From the human T2T-CHM13v2.0 reference genome, Homo sapiens, in the NCBI RefSeq assembly GCF_009914755.1, contig NC_060929.1: a DNA stretch of 64,000 nt; one strand, 5' to 3'. Positions 58,428-64,000 of the stretch are shown piece by piece (the first letter of the stretch is position 1; every line of letters begins with the position of its first letter). The translations under genes and the position numbers were made by a program. The notes beneath the pieces are model-generated. The model was not told the origin of the DNA. It searched no databases and saw only the letters and a list, made by a program, of their open reading frames with translations.

Positions 58428-58668
<241 letters not shown>

Positions 58669-60059
58669 AGATTGCAATGATCTTTTTCCTGAATTACTTT
58701 AATAGCCTGGTAACAGGTATTATCTCCTCCAAGTCATTCTTCACAGTGTAGGAACAGTCATCCTCCAAAATGGCAAATCTGATTATTTCTTTTTCCTTAA
58801 TGCAGATGTCAAGCATGGAGCTCAAGCAGCCATGATCACGAGATCGTGAGGCAGTAATTCCAGTAATGTGATGAAGTAGCAAGAGATAAGTAAGTCCAGG
58901 TCAGTGAAGACTTCGTGGGGCTGACATATGAACTGAGAAATGCCCACTTTTGGACTTTCAGTTAAGACAAAAATAAACTTACCTCTTTTTTTTTTCCCAG
59001 GTATCTGTTACTTTCCCTATTTTGCAATACTTAATGGATACATACAATCTGTCAACTCTTCTCTCTGGACCTGCGCATACACTGCTCCATCTGCCTGAAA
59101 CAATCTTTCCCTGGTCAACCGCCTACCCACTGCCACCTTGGAGAACAGCTACTCATAGTCACCCTCAGATTATATCGTTTTCTCACCCATCTCATCCTCT
59201 TCCTTGCCGTTTCACCACCTCCCTTCAACCTTGGTGGGCTTTGCCCATCTGTCTGCTTGACAGGACACCCCTATTGTTACCTTTGACTGGACTATTAGAT
59301 GACATCTCAGTTACTTACCTTTTATGTGCTAGAATTAATTTCCTAGCTGGAGTTGTCCCCATGACCTGAAGCTGAGTGCCTGCTCTACCATGCAAGAAGC
59401 TCTATTGCTGAGGCCTAGGCCTGTTTTGGGGGCTTCTCTAGCCAATGTCAATGTCCCATTCCTAGTTGCATTCTGAAATATAACATCTGAGTTCACAGTA
59501 TTGTCTTAAGCTATAATCACTAGAGAGAGCTCTATTGGTGTTGTGGATGCCTTGCACCATGCCTATTACTTTGGAGAAGCACAGTAAATAAGTGATGGTT
59601 CCCTAGGATGACTGCATAGACACAGGAATGTTTGTTTTGGCTTAATGATAACACTAATGATGTTGCCAGTTGTAAAGGAAGGAACACTGCTCTTTCTTCA
59701 TGCCACCTGTGAGTATATACCTCTATCTATCTCTCAAAAGGGAGATAACTTGTTAATCTGATGATGGAACAGAGTTCCAGACAATTACTGGGAGGTGGGG
59801 CAATGTGCCTTGAAGGGTGCCATCTTTGGTTCCACCACTCCTCTCTTGTTTACATTTTATTCTGTATGCATTTCTTTCTCTTTCATGCTGAGTCCAAGAA
59901 ATTGGATGATAGCATGCTGGGTGGCCCTGAAAGTTCATCCATCTCTTTATAGCTCTCTGAAAGCACATCTGAGCTTGATAATCCCTAGATTTAGGTTTGG
60001 CAGGGAGGTAATAAGTCCTGCTAAGGTCTCAAGCAGAATCGACTTGTTCTAATTCACCA

Positions 60060-60534
<475 letters not shown>

Positions 60535-61050
60535 ACTCAGTATTTTTAATGGAGCTCTTTTCAAAACATCAGGCATTTGAGAGCAATTAATAAAATGATT
60601 TTTTATTCTCATATTGCTGTTGCACCTTGCATATATCTTCCTGGAATCTTACTGTAGGAAACAAATGTGATGACAGGGCAGGATTTGTCATTCCTTGGTC
60701 TTTGATCATATGACCACAGATAGAGTTGAATGCAACCATGCTCTTCTTTCCAATAATCATGGTGACATAAGAACTCATGCAGTTATGGTTCGCAGCACTG
60801 ACTGGCTGCTGCTGCTGCTTCTGAAGGAGAAGGAATAGAGAAGGAAAGAGGGAAAGATATTGTGAGCTGCCAAAGGTGAGGTCCTTGTAATTAGAATGTG
60901 GTTCATTACTGAATGCCGGATACTGGTTTGGTAGGTTACCTGCAGGAATATTTTTTGTGATCCAAAGATGGTCCAATTTCGCCCAAGAGAGGACCAACTT
61001 ATTTTAAGTGACTCAAAGCTAGATGACAAATGGAGAGATGCAAGTTAAAA

Positions 61051-61396
<346 letters not shown>

Positions 61397-63957
61397 CTAA
61401 AGCTGAATTTTCCCCATCATTTGGGTGGGCGATAGTCTTCACCAACCATTTCTGTTGGCCATGAGCCTCTCCATTGTCCCCTGCATCAAAAACAAACTCC
61501 ATATAAAACCTCAGCAGTATTAATGGAATGAACACCACTGTGTTTGGTGGGCTGTCAATGAGGTGATGATGTCTGGCTCTTATTAAGCATCCTAAGTCAA
61601 TTACTGATTGGCAGAAATAGAAGCACAGCATTATTTAGTTATGATCAGTGACGATACAACCGAACGACCTTCACACCCCCTGGAGGGCCACAGTGCTGAC
61701 AGGCCTGTGGGTGTCTGCATCCTCTGAGCTGCCTGCGGGGAGCTGCTGATGTCTCCGAGGAGAGGCGGTGGATGTGGGCTAACGAGGACGTGCTGTTCCA
61801 CACAGGGCACCCATAAAGTGCTGCCAGGTCTCTCATTAGGGACTCCTCAGCCCGGCCCTTTCTGGCAGGCAGCCAGTGTTCTCATCCACAAAGGAAGAAG
61901 GTGAGGCAGACAGAAAACAAAGTCCAGAGTGACCTTGGGACAAAATCAGGGTTGGGACTCAGTGTTCCCAAGGCCTGTGCCTGGCCCGTTCTGACGCTTG
62001 GCAGCTGTTTACCTGAGTGGGTGGCATGTTCTCCGCCCTCACTTGAATCACTCTTCCCAGTAATAGCCTCTGGCCCAAGTAACTCAGAAAAGTAATTGGT
62101 ATGGCTTTGGTCCTGATGCTGGACTTGTTAAGATGGTAAGAGGAGATATTTGTGTTTATAACTAACTTAGCATGATTTAGTAAGGCAGACCACTTGGGCC
62201 ATGTTATCTATATTTCTGTATAATATTTTATCTTTTGCCTGCCTGAGGATTATGGGACAGGCCAAGAAAATGGATATAGCAATAAAAGATCCATACCCAG
62301 GATCTGAAGAGGCAGATAGAATCTGATCATTGGGGGTACTTAGCAACATGCAGCTCTCGAGGAAGGAGGCCACCACCATTTCTTAGAGATACAGATATTT
62401 GGGTTCATGGGCTGACCAGTCCTGTCTATTCCCCTGGAATGGAGTGACTAAGGGCAGGAGAGAGAGGGCTGGGGAGTGAGCAAGGGCACATACCTATAGA
62501 GAATAGTATCCTTTGGTCCAAGCTGCATCCATCTTCAGTTCCAGTGGAGAAACTGAGGCAGTTTAGTAGCTTTGCCAGGGCCAAAGATGATCATAGCCTT
62601 TCTGTATATCCAGGTTCTCAGTAGGGGCTCTGGTTTGGTTTCATTTCTGCCTCATTTGTGGGGAAATGGTGACAACAGACTCGGGGCTCATCTAACTTTT
62701 CTTGAAGCTGCAAACAGGGCTGGAATACCTCCTGCTGCTTCCTCTGCATCCGCCAGGCTTGGTTCAACACCTATCAGACCTTAGGGGATTGTCCACAGGC
62801 TTACATTAATTACAGAGGACCGTTTCTTTCATCTGAGCACGTCAAAGACTTCTACAAAGCTCAAGGAGTGTGATGTTGTCTTGTGGAATTTTTTTTTTAT
62901 TTTTCCAAGTCCTCTTGGAAAACACTTTTAAAAAGTTGACACCAGGAAATTGTTCCTTGGGTGATATATGACACACAGCATTTTCCAACATCCCCAATCA
63001 TTCATTATAGATTGGGCCACAGGCAGCGTGGGTTTGGCTTGGTCCCGGAAACTTGCTTCAAGCCTATTGTCTAGTCATTGTTGGGATCATCTGAGTCTGA
63101 GGAGCTACAGGCAGGCTCTATGGGGAGGATGTGGAGGGAGGGAGGTGAGAGAAGGTTTGTCATGACTGCATTCCAGCAAGAAAATTATTGTGGCCTGGAG
63201 GCAGCTCTCATGTTTACCCTGGTAAATGTTTGAATTTTCTCTGTTGATTTGTAATTGAGACAAATGGATTGAGATGTCTGTTCACATTATTTTTAAAAAG
63301 TGATGGGCTCCCATATTGGCAGAGGCATTGAGGCACTCAGCAGGGTCAACTGGGACAGTGCTTCTGAGCAAAGTGTGAGTATGTGTTATTAGTGCTGTGG
63401 CCCCAACCTCTTGGCACGCTTGGGGCTCTCAAGGCAGAGGGGCAGAAGGCAGGGAACAGACTAAGCTGGCATAGGGCAGTGGTGGCATGGGGAAGGGGAC
63501 CAGTAGGGACCAATGAGCTGGCAGCAGCAAGTTCCTAATGCAAGGTGGAGTACTGACATGTTTTGTTTTGCCATCACCCACGCCTGAGGTAGCCAGAAGT
63601 CAGGGCTTCCAGGAGATGGCTGCAGTTCTTGGTCATAGCTAAGTGTCCAAGGTACAAATCAGAGATTTGCCTAAGCTAATGTAAGGAAGCAGGGACCAGC
63701 CCCAAGAAAGCGAGCTGGCAGGGGGTAGCTGAGAGAGTCCAAGCCTCCAGTTCCTGAGGCTGGGGGGCAAGGGGCTGGGCCCTAGATTCAATGAGGTTAC
63801 AGCTAGGAACTGGGGACATGAGGAAAAGGCCTATGAAGTAATCTGACTATGTATCCTGGGCATGAGGTAAGCACTGTTTGCTTTTTCTGTGGGCTCCAGA
63901 CACAGGCAGCAACCATTCCTGGTGGACCAGCTGGTTTAGGAGGAGTTCCTCCTCTTC

Positions 63958-64000
63958 TTCTCCTCCCCCTCCCTCTCCCCCTCCCTCTCCCCCTCCCTCT
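63958..64000. repeat. (CCCTCT/CCCCCT)n pyrimidine repeat running off the window end
   Basis: 12-bp period ctccctctcccc. Confidence 0.85.

Overview
Primate (almost certainly human, 5q13.2) genomic DNA, not microbial. It contains one intact gene, the three-exon neuropeptide precursor CARTPT (+ strand, CDS join 32616..32774, 33202..33285, 33830..33937; 116 aa). The gene sits in a CpG island with a palindromic CRE, a TATA box, an intronic RE1/NRSE and three AATAAA signals. This allele encodes Lys instead of the usual Glu at residue 32. The rodent long-isoform acceptor is still present but adds 40 nt rather than 39 nt, so it is out of frame. Most of the remaining window is interspersed repeats: L1PB, L1PA and L1M fragments, about 20 Alu-family elements, THE1/MST/MLT1/MER50 LTRs, MIR, L2, MER5A and microsatellites. 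These repeats or chance explain most ORF-track entries. The most speculative signal is a set of non-repeat, exon-like minus-strand segments at about 8.7-30 kb with RGS-domain-like peptide remnants, possibly a decayed multi-exon RGS22/RGSL-like unitary pseudogene lying head-to-head with CARTPT. This has not been confirmed by any search. Repeat subfamily calls and all protein comparisons are from memory of consensus sequences, not from database runs.
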